Under the pieces are notes generated by a model. It worked only from the letters and a program-made list of their open reading frames with translations, had not been told where the DNA came from and did not search any database. Positions 24,686 through 35,352 of a stretch of 64,000 nucleotides of DNA are shown in pieces. Within the stretch, counting starts at the first letter, position 1; each line of letters opens with the position of its first letter. Origin of the DNA: Nitrospiraceae bacterium UBA665. GTDB lineage: Bacteria > Nitrospirota > Thermodesulfovibrionia > Thermodesulfovibrionales > Dissulfurispiraceae. The stretch lies in assembly GCA_002299835.1 (NCBI GenBank), contig DBNT01000114.1:1123-65122 (forward strand), read 5' to 3'. Position numbers and translations under genes: made by a program.

Positions 24686-25060
24686 ATGATAACAGAAATA
24701 ATACCTCAAAATGGAGATAGAATAATCATAAAGGGTGTTCCTGATAATTATCCGTATAAAGATCTGTATAAAACAAACGGAGAGTTCATAGGAACAGTGC
24801 AAGACCACTTTAGTTTGATTAAAGAAGGGCATGTTAGTTTTTTTACAGGCTACATGCCATACAAAAGAAAAAATGAAAATAAGGAAGGAATAAGCTGCTC
24901 GGGATGCGGCAACAGGTGCGATTTAAAAGATTTAAAATTTCTCTATAAATCATCGGCGAAGTTTTGGCAATTTAAAAAAGATGAATGGAAAGCGAACAAC
25001 GGCGAAATTTATGAAGAAGAGGTCAACTTTTTTGAAGTAGAATTCACTAAACTAAAGTAA
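24686..25060 (+). CDS. hypothetical protein
   Basis: AGGAG RBS. 124 aa. Confidence 0.55.
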   Translation: MITEIIPQNGDRIIIKGVPDNYPYKDLYKTNGEFIGTVQDHFSLIKEGHVSFFTGYMPYKRKNENKEGISCSGCGNRCDLKDLKFLYKSSAKFWQFKKDEWKANNGEIYEEEVNFFEVEFTKLK

Positions 25061-25106
25061 AAAAGAAAATCGCCTTGTATACACATACTTAAAGGCAGTA
25101 GCAGCA

Positions 25107-25210
25107 GTTTTTAATATTAATTAACGCCACATAGCCCACTACAAGGCAGTATTTTACTTGTCCTGTAGTGGGCTTTTTATTTCATGAAATAAAAGTAAAG
25201 GGAAGTTAAA
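25107..25210 (+). repeat. conserved intergenic hairpin/leader module, GGCAGTATT element copy 1
   Basis: TTTTTAATATTAATTAAC..CATAGCCCACTACAAGGCAGTATTTTACTTGTCCTGTAGTGGGC plus a T-run. Near-identical to 27960..28068. Confidence 0.6.
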
Positions 25211-26526
25211 ATGACTAAAAATAAGCGAGACAAATTGAGGTCGTTTCTCAATCAGATTATAACAAGTAATATCACAAATCGTTTGTTTGTCATGTCGGTT
25301 AAAAATACCGGACTGACAGCAACAATTATTCCAGTTGAAATTGAAGGCAGAGAATACAGCGTTGATATATTAAAACAGTCAATAATGGTAAACAAAGATA
25401 ATCTCCTAGACGATTTAGATCACTACAAAAACGTTAAGCAGATTCTCTCTAAATCGTTTGCCTATTTAAATAAGCAAACCTCTCCTGCGTGGAATACATT
25501 AGAGAGGGCAACAGAGACAGTGAACTTTCTAAATGAAGTATTTACTGACATCAGCAATGACAATCTATATTGCGTAACAGATATAGACGATGATAGCGAT
25601 GTACGCAGCATGGGAATAGAGTCCTTTTGTGAGGCTGCCTCTATATACCTTGATATTCTGCGATGGGACGGCAGTGATGCAAACGGCGCGTTTGCGATTA
25701 GTCAAAAAATAGAAGACAATTTTGCTATAAAATCAACACGAATAAAAAATATCGCAGGCATTACAAGATATATGGACATTAATAAGTCTGTACTGTCAAC
25801 GCTTAATTATGATATTAAAGAAACACTGAATAAAGCAAGTGAATCAGCAATGGATGCTTATGGGCATACGGTGAATCATATAAAACAGCGGATGTCAGTT
25901 GTTAAGTCCAAGTATACGAAAAATAAGCAGGATGTGCCAAGCGAGATAAAAGACAGTTTTGAAATTAACGGATTAATATGCAATTGGAGTCTCTCGCATT
26001 ATAATTACGAACTTAGTGTGTCTTTCTCGTTCAAGGATGATACACTTGACAGAATTATAAAAGAAAGAGGACTAGAAGGCACTCGCAATAAGATACTGTT
26101 TTTTATTGGCACAAAGAGCAAAGCTAAATGTATCAAACTCTTGCTGAAGAGGCCACTATCTTCCTCTTCTATACATGCAGATACAATTTCAGCGCTGTAT
26201 GCGCTATCATTTGCATCAGGTTCAAAAAACGAGTTCGACATAGACGGGATGAAAGATGTGATTGGCAAAATCTTTACCGCTATACGCGAACAAATAGATT
26301 ATCTAGCAGCTATGTTCCTTGATAATCTCGGCGGCAAGAAGATTACACCTATCAAAAAAAATAAAATAAATAATGCCGCGATAACAAGGACAATGGCAAG
26401 TTTTAGTGAGAGAATCATTGCGCATACGGAAATACATGGCGATACCGAAGAGATTTATGGGTCATCATACAGCCATAAGTTTTTGCTGCCCGAAAACTAT
26501 ATCGTTGGCGGCAATAGAATGTATGT
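25211..26526 (+). CDS. hypothetical protein, exon 1; interrupted by an ORF-less group II intron
   Basis: The ORF continues 34 nt into the intron before a stop. GTGCGAC begins at 26527. Confidence 0.6.
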
Positions 26527-27279
26527 GTGCGACTTGTTGCAGTATAACTTATTGAGATAAGGAAAACTGCTACTATCTATGATAGTGAACTTATTCCTTG
26601 ATAGATGGAATGAAAAGGCTCATGCTGCCTTGAAACATCTACATTAATACTCCACTATGCAATTAGACACTCCAGTGAATAATTGTATAAAGCGTGGTGA
26701 AGTCGGAGACAATAACCTAAACTCCAATGGAGCATGGTTCAATTCTTCGGATGTCTAAAAAATAACTACGGTTAGAATGGCAAAATAGCCTGACGAATCT
26801 GCGAATGTAAGGGTCAATATTCAGATACAAGGAAACTTGTATTAATCCTCTGGATTTTTGTAACGGGATTATTAAAAAATACATGCTTATGAACATCCCT
26901 CTATCAGCCGAGATAGAAACATTACAATGGCTCAAAGCAGAAACCTAAAGTTATATGCATAGATAAAGGAATAGGAACAAGGGAAGGTTGCCACAGTTAC
27001 AACCTCTGGAAAGGGACTGGTTAATCGAAAACGGAAATGGTCTTTTAGTCTTAGACTAATTGACAAGTCTGTATAAGATTATTTAGGCAACTGAAAGCGA
27101 TGGCACGACCGATGAAGTCTCTGTAATGGAGATGGAGGAACAGCCATTAGTCATGTCTTACAAAGTTAAGTCCAATAACGATGTAAACATGATGGAACGC
27201 CGTGTGCGGTGAAAGTCGCATGCACGGTGTGAAGGGAGGGAAAAGCCAGAGATTACATCAAAGGCTTACCTATCCTTAT
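26527..27279 (+). mobile_element. ORF-less group II intron, 753 nt
   Basis: 5' GTGCGAC. Canonical 34-nt domain V at 27197..27230 with a GAAA loop, a 2-nt bulge and a CGC triad. DVI-like hairpin with a bulged A. 3' end ..TTAT. Removal joins the flanking ORFs in frame. Confidence 0.7.
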
Positions 27280-27607
27280 CAAAGTATATAAGCCTCCCTT
27301 TTATTGCCAGAAAGTAGGCATTGATATAGAGATACAGGATTTACGCCTGACGGTTAATATATCTACGCTGACTGGCAAATCAAATGCGATTTATGGATAT
27401 GGAAATCAGTCGGAAATTGCAAACGAGGCAATGTCGTTAGTTATCGCAAACGCAGATCAATTTATGAGCTGCCTATTAGCCGAAACTGAACGACATATTG
27501 CAAATAGTCAGTCAAAGATAAGACGAATCGAGGAAATAGTATACAATGATTTTCCCGAAGAATACATGGCTGAATATCTTGCAGCGTCAATAGGAGGAAA
27601 GCAATGA
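27280..27607 (+). CDS. hypothetical protein, exon 2; 108 codons with no start codon of its own
   Basis: The frame is open from inside the intron 3' end to TGA 27605..27607. Absent from the ORF track because it lacks an initiator. Confidence 0.55.
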
Positions 27608-27705
27608 CTCTCATTAAACAAAGGCGATCTATTGTCGAATCTCTTAAGATAATAGCCGAAGCTATCGAAGCCTTGCGAGAAAATAAAAAAGACCTCGAAA
27701 AATAG
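27604..27705 (+). CDS. hypothetical 33-aa protein
   Basis: AGGAGG RBS. ATGA overlap with the exon 2 stop. Confidence 0.35.
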   Translation: MTLIKQRRSIVESLKIIAEAIEALRENKKDLEK

Positions 27706-27959
27706 CTATCAACCCTGCATTTAAGGAGAGTTTTTTTGAACCCTTTCATGTAGGCAGCTTTTCTTCGAAAGACATTTTTGCAATAGAGAATGTTTTTTAG
27801 GGTTAGTATGGAGCCGTTTTATAAGAATTCTTGGTGCATGTCCTTTTTCGTCAAAGCCGTTTCAGATTCATAGGTTAAAAAATGATCTTGCCTCAGAGAT
27901 TATGACCAAACATTTAGACCGCGAAACCGCATAGGCAAACTGAATATTTCCTTATTAGC

Positions 27960-28068
27960 GGTTTTTTTAATATTAATTAACACCCCATAGCCCACTACAC
28001 GGCAGTATTTTACTTGTCCTGTAGGGGCTATTTGTTTTGCAAAATAAAAGAATAAAAGGAGGAAGTAA
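27960..28068 (+). repeat. conserved intergenic hairpin/leader module, GGCAGTATT element copy 2
   Basis: Near-identical to 25107..25210. Confidence 0.6.
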
Positions 28069-28329
28069 ATGAGCGAAAAGTTCGGCAAAGCACTATGTGC
28101 CTTTGTAAAGAAAGCAAAAAAAGAAATTGATTGGGAGTGGTTTAAAAATGCATGGGATACTTGCAGTCACGATACGCTCTTTGACGTTTGGAGCGATGCA
28201 AGAGAGAAGTTATCTCTTGACGCGCCGTATGAACTTTTCGATAAAGCCTATCAATACAGAAATCCTTTTGCACCCAAATATAAAAATGCGAGAAACGAGT
28301 TTTTACAGATGGTTGTGGGGTGGTGGTAA
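28069..28329 (+). CDS. hypothetical protein
   Basis: AAGGAGG RBS. Confidence 0.55.
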   Translation: MSEKFGKALCAFVKKAKKEIDWEWFKNAWDTCSHDTLFDVWSDAREKLSLDAPYELFDKAYQYRNPFAPKYKNARNEFLQMVVGWW

Positions 28330-28372
28330 ACACGGTATTATGGCAAGAATTATAAAGGAGGCGAACAATTCT

Positions 28373-28798
28373 ATGCAAATCAAGGAAATAGGCATACAAA
28401 TGTATGTAAAAGAATCCGGTCAAGAATATACGGCGAATAACAGCCACACCGTGTATGATTTATTTGAAGACCTAAAAAACGCAAACGTTGAGCATTTATA
28501 TGCAGTTAACCTGAATGTAAAAAACAAAATCTTATCAAAATTGCTTATTTCTAAGGGAGATGTTGCTAAAACTGCTATATTTCCAGCGGAAATAGCAAAA
28601 GGAGCGCTTCTTAGTAATGCAGCAGGTGTAATTCTTGTTCACAATCATCCTTCCGGGGATTGCTCTCCATCTAAAGATGATATAGCGACAACAAAAAGAA
28701 TTAAGGACGCCCTTAATCTTTTCAATATCAAATTAATAGACCACATAATAGTAGCCAGCGAAGGGCATTATTCGATGCAAGCAGAGAATAATTTATAG
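28373..28798 (+). CDS. radC: RadC-like JAB/MPN domain protein
   Basis: JAMM motif HNHPSGDCSPSKDD. AAGGAGG RBS before ATG 28373. ATG 28340 is an alternative start. Confidence 0.8.
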   Translation: MQIKEIGIQMYVKESGQEYTANNSHTVYDLFEDLKNANVEHLYAVNLNVKNKILSKLLISKGDVAKTAIFPAEIAKGALLSNAAGVILVHNHPSGDCSPSKDDIATTKRIKDALNLFNIKLIDHIIVASEGHYSMQAENNL

Positions 28799-28913
28799 GA
28801 CTATTGTATTCATTTATACTTGGAGGTTTAAACAGACGTGACTACATTGTTGAAGATATTGAAAAAATCTAATGTTTAGGAGGACTACATGGTAACAAGG
28901 GGATACATAATCG

Positions 28914-30839
28914 ATGTTTAATCTTCCTAAATGGTTTTCATTTAGAAAGAAAAAGACATCGAGGGAAGAAGAATTAAACAAACATAAGACCTACATCGTA
29001 GATGAGAAATATCCGTGCTTATCGGTTGATAATCTGCCTATCAAGGGCAGTGATGCAGGCAAAATAAAGTTAACACAAATTCAAAGCTGTTTCTATGAAC
29101 ACTATGACCACACCAAAAACTGCATTATATCTGCTCCAACCGGCACAGGCAAGTCTATTCCCATTTACGTGGCTGCAAGGAGATTTCTTAACGAAGGGCA
29201 GAGGATAATACTTACGGCTCCTACAAAGAAACTCGTTAAGGACCTTTACGCCTCATGTGTAGGAATCTTCGGATATAAACTTGTGGGGTTAAACACCGGA
29301 CATGACAAAACAACGTCCGGCAAATACATAATAGTATCAACCCCTGAAGGCTATCTTTCTGCTATCAGGGGAAGAAAGGAGTGGACAAAAGCGTCGCTTC
29401 TGATAATTGATGAGTCACATATGCTTTTTGATGTCTCAAGGGGCGGAGACCTTGATGTTGCTATGACCGTTTTTATAAAAAGCGGGGGCAAGGTACTCCT
29501 TCTTTCAGGGACGTTTTTAAAGAAAGAGTATGTGGCTAACTTCATCCAAGCGGAAAGGTTCGAGGCGGTTTACAGAAGAACACAAATCATCGAGCATGAG
29601 GTATTATGCCCTGATGATTTTGACGCCTCTACCACTCCTAAAACACCCATGGGATATTCCTTTAACACGAAGTCTATAAGACTTTATAAGTTGACGGAAA
29701 TCCTTAAAAAGAAGGAGGAAAGCAGTATTCTTGTTTTTGTTCCTACAAAGGCAATTGGCTTTGCCCTAAGTCATTACCTTAACGTTCCGTTTCATTGCGC
29801 TGATATCCCAGAAGAACGTCTTAAAGAGATAGAACTTGGCTTTAATGATGGCTCTATCAAAACCTTGATTGCCACCACAACTCTAGCGCAGGGCGTTAAT
29901 ACACCTTGCGACACCGTTGTGCAGTTTGGCACAAGGATAGGCGGTTCTTTTATGGACAGCTACGTAGTAGATCAAATTAAGGGCAGAGGCGGCAGAGGAA
30001 GCGACACATCAGACTTTTTCTTAATAGGGGATGAAGTGGAAGTTTTCCACTATAAAAATATCATCCTCACGAAGAGCATCCCTGTGCCGCACGAGTCGAT
30101 GATCATGACCATGCTGGCTACAGGAGACCGCAGATCCACAGAGCTTTTGGAGGCAGTCAGCAGTACTTTGGCAGCTTCCTTTGTAGAAAAAGATAAGATA
30201 AACAGCACGGTTGAGGGGTACCTTAAATTCCTGAGAGCGTGCAATATTTTAATGGACAAAGGATTACTGCATGGACTTACGCAGGAGGGCATTCTTTTGG
30301 CGAAGTATTACATTTACCCCGAAGTTTATATGGGGTATGTAAGACTTGCAAGGGAGCTTTATAAGTCGGGCTTACCTGAAGATGTGCAAGGACAAGTCAT
30401 CATGTCGTACTTATTCCCTGAAGGGAAGGTGCAAGACTGTCCCGGCAATCTGGCGCTTGAGTATAAAATGAAGCTTAACGCATTCCTATCCAGCGGTCAA
30501 TTTCCGGATATAGTGCCTGAAAAGGCTGCACTATATTCGCGGTTCATTAAACACCCGACTTTCATGCCAGAATATCTTCCTTATAAATTGAAGGATGCTG
30601 AAAGATGGGTTGGTATGCTTTCAGATATGCAGAAATATGGAGTTCACAAGGAGCCGCCAGGTCTTGCCGTAATCAAAAAGACCCTTATGGAGCTTAAACA
30701 GGCGGCAGCCAAGTCCGAGATTTTGAGGGCAAAAAAATCAAAGAAAACAATAGATAATGTTGTTCCATTGTTTTCTAAAGATAAGCCGGAAAAGGCTATG
30801 CCCATTAACAGCGATCAGGCTGTAGCAGTGGGTGGTTAA
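28914..30839 (+). CDS. DEAD/DEAH-box (SF2) helicase
   Basis: Motif I APTGTGKS, motif II IIDESH, motif III SGT, motif V TTTLAQGVN and motif VI QIKGRGGR. Confidence 0.8.
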   Translation: MFNLPKWFSFRKKKTSREEELNKHKTYIVDEKYPCLSVDNLPIKGSDAGKIKLTQIQSCFYEHYDHTKNCIISAPTGTGKSIPIYVAARRFLNEGQRIILTAPTKKLVKDLYASCVGIFGYKLVGLNTGHDKTTSGKYIIVSTPEGYLSAIRGRKEWTKASLLIIDESHMLFDVSRGGDLDVAMTVFIKSGGKVLLLSGTFLKKEYVANFIQAERFEAVYRRTQIIEHEVLCPDDFDASTTPKTPMGYSFNTKSIRLYKLTEILKKKEESSILVFVPTKAIGFALSHYLNVPFHCADIPEERLKEIELGFNDGSIKTLIATTTLAQGVNTPCDTVVQFGTRIGGSFMDSYVVDQIKGRGGRGSDTSDFFLIGDEVEVFHYKNIILTKSIPVPHESMIMTMLATGDRRSTELLEAVSSTLAASFVEKDKINSTVEGYLKFLRACNILMDKGLLHGLTQEGILLAKYYIYPEVYMGYVRLARELYKSGLPEDVQGQVIMSYLFPEGKVQDCPGNLALEYKMKLNAFLSSGQFPDIVPEKAALYSRFIKHPTFMPEYLPYKLKDAERWVGMLSDMQKYGVHKEPPGLAVIKKTLMELKQAAAKSEILRAKKSKKTIDNVVPLFSKDKPEKAMPINSDQAVAVGG

Positions 30840-30918
30840 TGCAATAATGGCGACTGCGTTGTTCTTTTGTCAGCGTAGTCGCCATTACAGAACGGTAATA
30901 TCTATAGAAAGGGGAAAA

Positions 30919-31272
30919 ATGACCGAACGCATAGAAAAGGGCATTGAGACTACTTTAGATGCCATAAACAACGAAGACGCTTTAGCAATAAAAAGATGTT
31001 TGGATCAATTTAAGAAGATTCAGGCGCCTGCAGAGCAAATACAAAAGGCAATAGAATGTTGCCCGTTAGATTTGCTTAAGAAAACAGGTTATTGCGTTAA
31101 AATTCATAGCAATCTGTTAGGCAAAGAAGTTGTTATAGGACAGGATGTATCTTTCAAGGCTGTTAAAGATTTGATAAAAGTAAAACCTAAAAAAGAGGAG
31201 CTGCAGTTAATTTTTGAGGCTGCGACTCTTTTTGGCGGATGTGTAGAAGAAAGTAAACAGGAGGGAAAATGA
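30919..31272 (+). CDS. hypothetical protein
   Basis: GGGGAAAA RBS-like run before ATG 30919. The upstream part of the track ORF covers a hairpin. Confidence 0.45.
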   Translation: MTERIEKGIETTLDAINNEDALAIKRCLDQFKKIQAPAEQIQKAIECCPLDLLKKTGYCVKIHSNLLGKEVVIGQDVSFKAVKDLIKVKPKKEELQLIFEAATLFGGCVEESKQEGK

Positions 31273-31688
31273 TCGTTAAAATCAAATATTGCACTGACAT
31301 CCCAAAGATTGAAAAAATAATGGTTGGCGACTGGATAGACCTGAGGGCTGCGGAGACAGTAGCTATGAAGGCAGGCGATCATGTGCTTATACCATTAGGT
31401 GTGGCTATGCAGATGCCTAAGGGGTATGAGGCGCATATTGCCCCGCGGTCAAGTACATTTGCCAAGTGGGGCATCATACAGCCCAATTCTCCTGGCATTG
31501 TAGATGAATCGTACTGTGGCAATAACGACCAGTGGATGATGTCGGCATTAGCCATGCGGGATACCGTGATAAATAAAGGTGACCGCATCTGCCACTTCAG
31601 GATAATGCCGAAAATGCCGTCTGTTGAGTTTGTTGAAGTTGATGACCTCATTAATAATGACAGGGGCGGTTTTGGAAGCACGGGTTAA
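31269..31688 (+). CDS. dut: dUTP diphosphatase, trimeric dUTPase
   Basis: [15 protein letters not shown] and C-terminal RGGFGSTG motifs. ATGA coupling. Confidence 0.85.
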   Translation: MIVKIKYCTDIPKIEKIMVGDWIDLRAAETVAMKAGDHVLIPLGVAMQMPKGYEAHIAPRSSTFAKWGIIQPNSPGIVDESYCGNNDQWMMSALAMRDTVINKGDRICHFRIMPKMPSVEFVEVDDLINNDRGGFGSTG

Positions 31689-31715
31689 AATTAAGAAAAA
31701 AAGGAGGTGGTAGGC

Positions 31716-31835
31716 TTGAAATGTCACGATTGCGCATTTGGCGGAAGTAGTCCCCATATGGCGTGTAAACTTCAAAGTCCTTGCAAAACACCACCACATC
31801 CAGTTCCCAAAAAAATAGTTAAGAAGGAGAATTAA
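31716..31835 (+). CDS. hypothetical Cys-rich 39-aa protein, TTG start
   Basis: AAGGAGGTGG RBS. Confidence 0.3.
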   Translation: MKCHDCAFGGSSPHMACKLQSPCKTPPHPVPKKIVKKEN

Positions 31836-31836
31836 A

Positions 31837-32949
31837 TTGAAAATATCAGTAGAAAAAGATGAATTACAAAAAAGGCTTAGTAACATTCAGGGCGTAGTAG
31901 AAAGAAATAACTCAATGCGCATTCTGAATCACTTTCTTTTAGATGTTAGCAAGGAAGGCAGCTACACCATAGCAACAGACCTTGAGACCGCTTTTCAAGA
32001 GCCGATAAGCGTGGAGGTAGTAGAGGAAGGCAAAATATGCATTCCAGCTAAAAAATTATTTGAGATAGTAAAAGAGATGGAAGGGCAAATAGCCCTTGAA
32101 TCTGAAGACCCTCAGTGGTTAAAAGTCAGGAGTGGAAAAAGCCTGTTCCGCCTTGCCTGCTTATCTTCGGACAATTACCCGGCATGCCCATCCATAGAGG
32201 GCGCCGAGGAGATGGAGATAGAAGCCCCTATGCTTCTTGAGATGATAGACAGGTCGCTTTACACTGCAGGCAGCTCGCATGATCACAAATATTTTTTAAA
32301 TGGACTGTTATTTCATATGAAGACTGACGGCACGTATATAGTTGTCGGAACAGACGGATTCAGATTGGCGATGCAGACAAAACAAACCGGTTTGTCATTT
32401 AAAGAGGAAAGAAAAGTAATGCTATCAAAAAAGTCGGTGTCTGAATTAAGACGACTTCTCAGTGGCAAAACCATTGAAGAATCTCCGACTGTAAGTATGA
32501 CCATAGGGAAAAACCATGTACTCTTTAATATTGGCAAGGCAAAGTTTTTAACAAAGCTTATAGAAGGCGCATATCCTAACTATGAGGCTGTAATTCCAAC
32601 AAATAATACCAAAATATTGACCGCAGCCAGAGGCACGCTCATGAAGTCGTTAAAAAGGGCGTCAATAATGAGCAAAGAAGGAATCAGTACTGTCAAGGTT
32701 AATATAGAAAACGGTAAGGCGGTGGTCTCTGCAAATTCTGACTTAGGAGAGGCTACAGATGAGATTGCCGTAGATTATGCAGGAGACCAGATGACCATAG
32801 CCTTTAATGCCAGATACATATTGGATGCATTAAATGTAATAACATCAGAGAATGTCCTGATAAAGCTTAACGAACCATTAAGTCCTATACTACTGATGGA
32901 AGACGGCAGAGAAGATTATAAATGTGTCGTTATGCCCATGAGGTTTTAG
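31837..32949 (+). CDS. dnaN: DNA polymerase III beta sliding clamp
   Basis: 370 aa. N-terminus MKISVEKDELQKRL..., C-terminus VVMPMRF. TTG start after AAGGAG. Confidence 0.85.
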   Translation: MKISVEKDELQKRLSNIQGVVERNNSMRILNHFLLDVSKEGSYTIATDLETAFQEPISVEVVEEGKICIPAKKLFEIVKEMEGQIALESEDPQWLKVRSGKSLFRLACLSSDNYPACPSIEGAEEMEIEAPMLLEMIDRSLYTAGSSHDHKYFLNGLLFHMKTDGTYIVVGTDGFRLAMQTKQTGLSFKEERKVMLSKKSVSELRRLLSGKTIEESPTVSMTIGKNHVLFNIGKAKFLTKLIEGAYPNYEAVIPTNNTKILTAARGTLMKSLKRASIMSKEGISTVKVNIENGKAVVSANSDLGEATDEIAVDYAGDQMTIAFNARYILDALNVITSENVLIKLNEPLSPILLMEDGREDYKCVVMPMRF

Positions 32950-33045
32950 TTGAGAACCCTTTTACCGGCGTAAGCCGAGATTATTGGAGGCAGGTTGCTC
33001 CTCCCCATGCATAAATGCAGGGGTTTTTGCAGCCTGAAATTTTCG

Positions 33046-33180
33046 ATGAGAATCAGATCAAAAACAAAAAACTTAAAATTAAGACTTCCTATTAAGGAAG
33101 CCTTAATCCTGAGAAGGAAAAGCATAATTGCGGATTCAAAGAAGCAAGCAAGCAAGTTCGCTTGCAGAAAGTCTAAATAA
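33046..33180 (+). repeat. copy B of the duplicated basic micro-ORF / RNA module
   Basis: 44-aa MRIRSKTKNLKLRLPIKEALILRRKSI...ACRKSK parallels copy A at 1844..1972. Confidence 0.45.
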
Positions 33181-33203
33181 CAACAAAGGAGGTTTGTCCA
33201 CTA

Positions 33204-35342
33204 ATGCTCAATAGCACATTTACAGATAGCGAATATACTGCACAAGAAATTGTGCAGTATATATGGAGTAAAAAATACTGCTATGCTGAAAAAGACAAAT
33301 CATTAAAAGACACGATATACCGTGTGGCAAATGCTGTAGCACAGGCAGAATCAGTCCCAGAAGAATGGTTGCCTGTGTTTACACAACTTATGGATGTATT
33401 TCTGCCCGGAGGTAGAGTGTTGAATTCACTCGGCACATCGCGTGTTAAAACAACAGCGATGAATTGTTTCGTGTCGCAGGCTATTCCGGACAGCATGGAC
33501 GGAATTTTTAGCACGATTCATAAAGCTGCCCTCACTATGCAGGCAGGCGGAGGTATAGGATTCGACTGGAGCACGCTTAGACCTAAAGGTTCTCATGTCA
33601 AAGGTGTTGGGTCTAATTCGTCAGGTCCAGTGTCATTTATGAGAGTGGCGGATTCTATGTGCTCCACAATATCGTCTGCCGGACATAGAAGGGGAGCAAT
33701 GATGGCTGTTATGCGGGTTGACCATCCTGACATTGAGGATTTCATAACCTGCAAACGCGGCTCTGAAAACAGCGTCCTTACAAACTTTAATTTGTCAGTT
33801 GCGGTTACTAACGCTTTTATGAATGCCGTAAAAGAAAACCGCGACTGGAGCCTTGTGTTTGAAGGAAAGGCTTATAAGACCATGCCTGCGCGTGTCTTGT
33901 GGGACATGATATTGTCGCAGACTTATGACTACGCGGAGCCTGGTGTAATCTTTTTAGACAGAGTAAACAGGTTGAATAACCTGTTTTATTGTGAGGAGAT
34001 AAGAGCTACGAACCCATGCGGAGAGCAGCCACTTCCGCCAAATGGGGCGTGCAATCTTGGCTCCTTAAACCTCACAAAGTTCATTGTATCTCCATTCAAT
34101 AGCCCTTATTTTGATTACGTAAGCTTTGAAAATGCGATAACCACTGCAGTGAGGTTTTTAGACAATATTATTGATGTCGCACGCTTGCCGCTTCAAGAGC
34201 AAGCGATTGAGGTCAAAAATAAAAGGAGAATAGGATTAGGCATAACAGGACTTGGCAATGCGATATGGATGCTTGGCATGGATTATGGTTCTTCTGAGTC
34301 TGTTAGTTTCTGCAATAACATTGCCCATTTTATGAGGGATGCGGCTTATAGGGCATCTATTAATCTTGCTAAAGAGAAAGGGCATTTCCCTCTTTTTGAC
34401 GCTGAGCAATATCTTGCAGGGGATTTTATTAAAAAATTGCCTGATGATATTAGGGAAGATATAAAAAGACACGGGATTCGCAACTCTCATTTATTGACTA
34501 TCGCCCCAACAGGGACTACGAGCCTTCTTTGGGGGAATATTAGCTCTGGCGTTGAGCCTATATTTGCCCTATCAGTAGAGAGGACAATAAAAGAGGGCGA
34601 TGGCAAGGAAAAGAAAGTTGTTCTTGATGATTACGCTTACCGTATATGGAAACAGTTATACGGTAATGGCAGAGATCCCGGAGTATTAACATCTGCACAA
34701 ATACCTGCAAAGGGGCACATTGATGTAATGGCTGCCTTTCAGGAATATTTTGATGCGAGCATTTCAAAAACTATAACTTTTGACCCTAACACTTCCTTTG
34801 AAGATTTCAGGGATACTTATATGTATGCATACGAAAAAGGATTGAAAGGGTGTACAGTGTTCAGAGAGAGTGGCAAGATTAGCGGAGTAATAAAGAAAAA
34901 AAGCGATGACTATATATATCCACTATCTATCCCTGATATGAGGATAAAGCACGCTATTTCAGTTTCCATTCCTGATGAAGGTAAATATGAGATAGAAATC
35001 ACAGTTGTGGATAATAAACCAAAAGAGGTATGGATGCACGCGCCAGTCGAAGCAAAGTATGCATCGCTTATACAAGCTGTTGTCCGCCTTTTAAGTATTG
35101 GATTAAGGTGTAATATTGACCCAAAATCTCTCCTCAAGCAATTAAGAGGCGCAAACATGGAATATGGCAATATAAGCTCTCCGCTTGCTTACATTGAAAG
35201 GGCGATTCTTAGGGTAATGGGGACCCTTGGCGTAAAAGCAGACATTGTAGGTTCTTCTTTTTGCCCTCAGTGTGAGGGGGTTTTAGTTGTAGAGGAAGGA
35301 TGCATTAAGTGTTCTTCTTGTGAATATAATAAATGCTCTTAA
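33204..35342 (+). CDS. nrdJ: ribonucleotide reductase, probably class II (adenosylcobalamin-dependent)
   Basis: TNPCGEQPL active-site loop. LTIAPTGTTS. Single 712-aa chain with a C-terminal CPQC...CSSC zinc finger. Confidence 0.8.
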   Translation: MLNSTFTDSEYTAQEIVQYIWSKKYCYAEKDKSLKDTIYRVANAVAQAESVPEEWLPVFTQLMDVFLPGGRVLNSLGTSRVKTTAMNCFVSQAIPDSMDGIFSTIHKAALTMQAGGGIGFDWSTLRPKGSHVKGVGSNSSGPVSFMRVADSMCSTISSAGHRRGAMMAVMRVDHPDIEDFITCKRGSENSVLTNFNLSVAVTNAFMNAVKENRDWSLVFEGKAYKTMPARVLWDMILSQTYDYAEPGVIFLDRVNRLNNLFYCEEIRATNPCGEQPLPPNGACNLGSLNLTKFIVSPFNSPYFDYVSFENAITTAVRFLDNIIDVARLPLQEQAIEVKNKRRIGLGITGLGNAIWMLGMDYGSSESVSFCNNIAHFMRDAAYRASINLAKEKGHFPLFDAEQYLAGDFIKKLPDDIREDIKRHGIRNSHLLTIAPTGTTSLLWGNISSGVEPIFALSVERTIKEGDGKEKKVVLDDYAYRIWKQLYGNGRDPGVLTSAQIPAKGHIDVMAAFQEYFDASISKTITFDPNTSFEDFRDTYMYAYEKGLKGCTVFRESGKISGVIKKKSDDYIYPLSIPDMRIKHAISVSIPDEGKYEIEITVVDNKPKEVWMHAPVEAKYASLIQAVVRLLSIGLRCNIDPKSLLKQLRGANMEYGNISSPLAYIERAILRVMGTLGVKADIVGSSFCPQCEGVLVVEEGCIKCSSCEYNKCS

Positions 35343-35352
35343 TGGAGGTAAA

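Noticed and set aside
27462-27749. 95-aa minus-strand ORF 27462..27749.
   Set aside because: It overlaps the + strand exon 2 frame, which is in frame with the upstream gene once the intron is removed. It also overlaps an RBS-preceded small + ORF, and it has no promoter of the leftward class.
32950-33203. A cobalamin or other known riboswitch upstream of the RNR gene.
   Set aside because: No B12-box or other riboswitch core that I recognise. The conserved part is the duplicated micro-ORF/RNA module, which also occurs away from any RNR.
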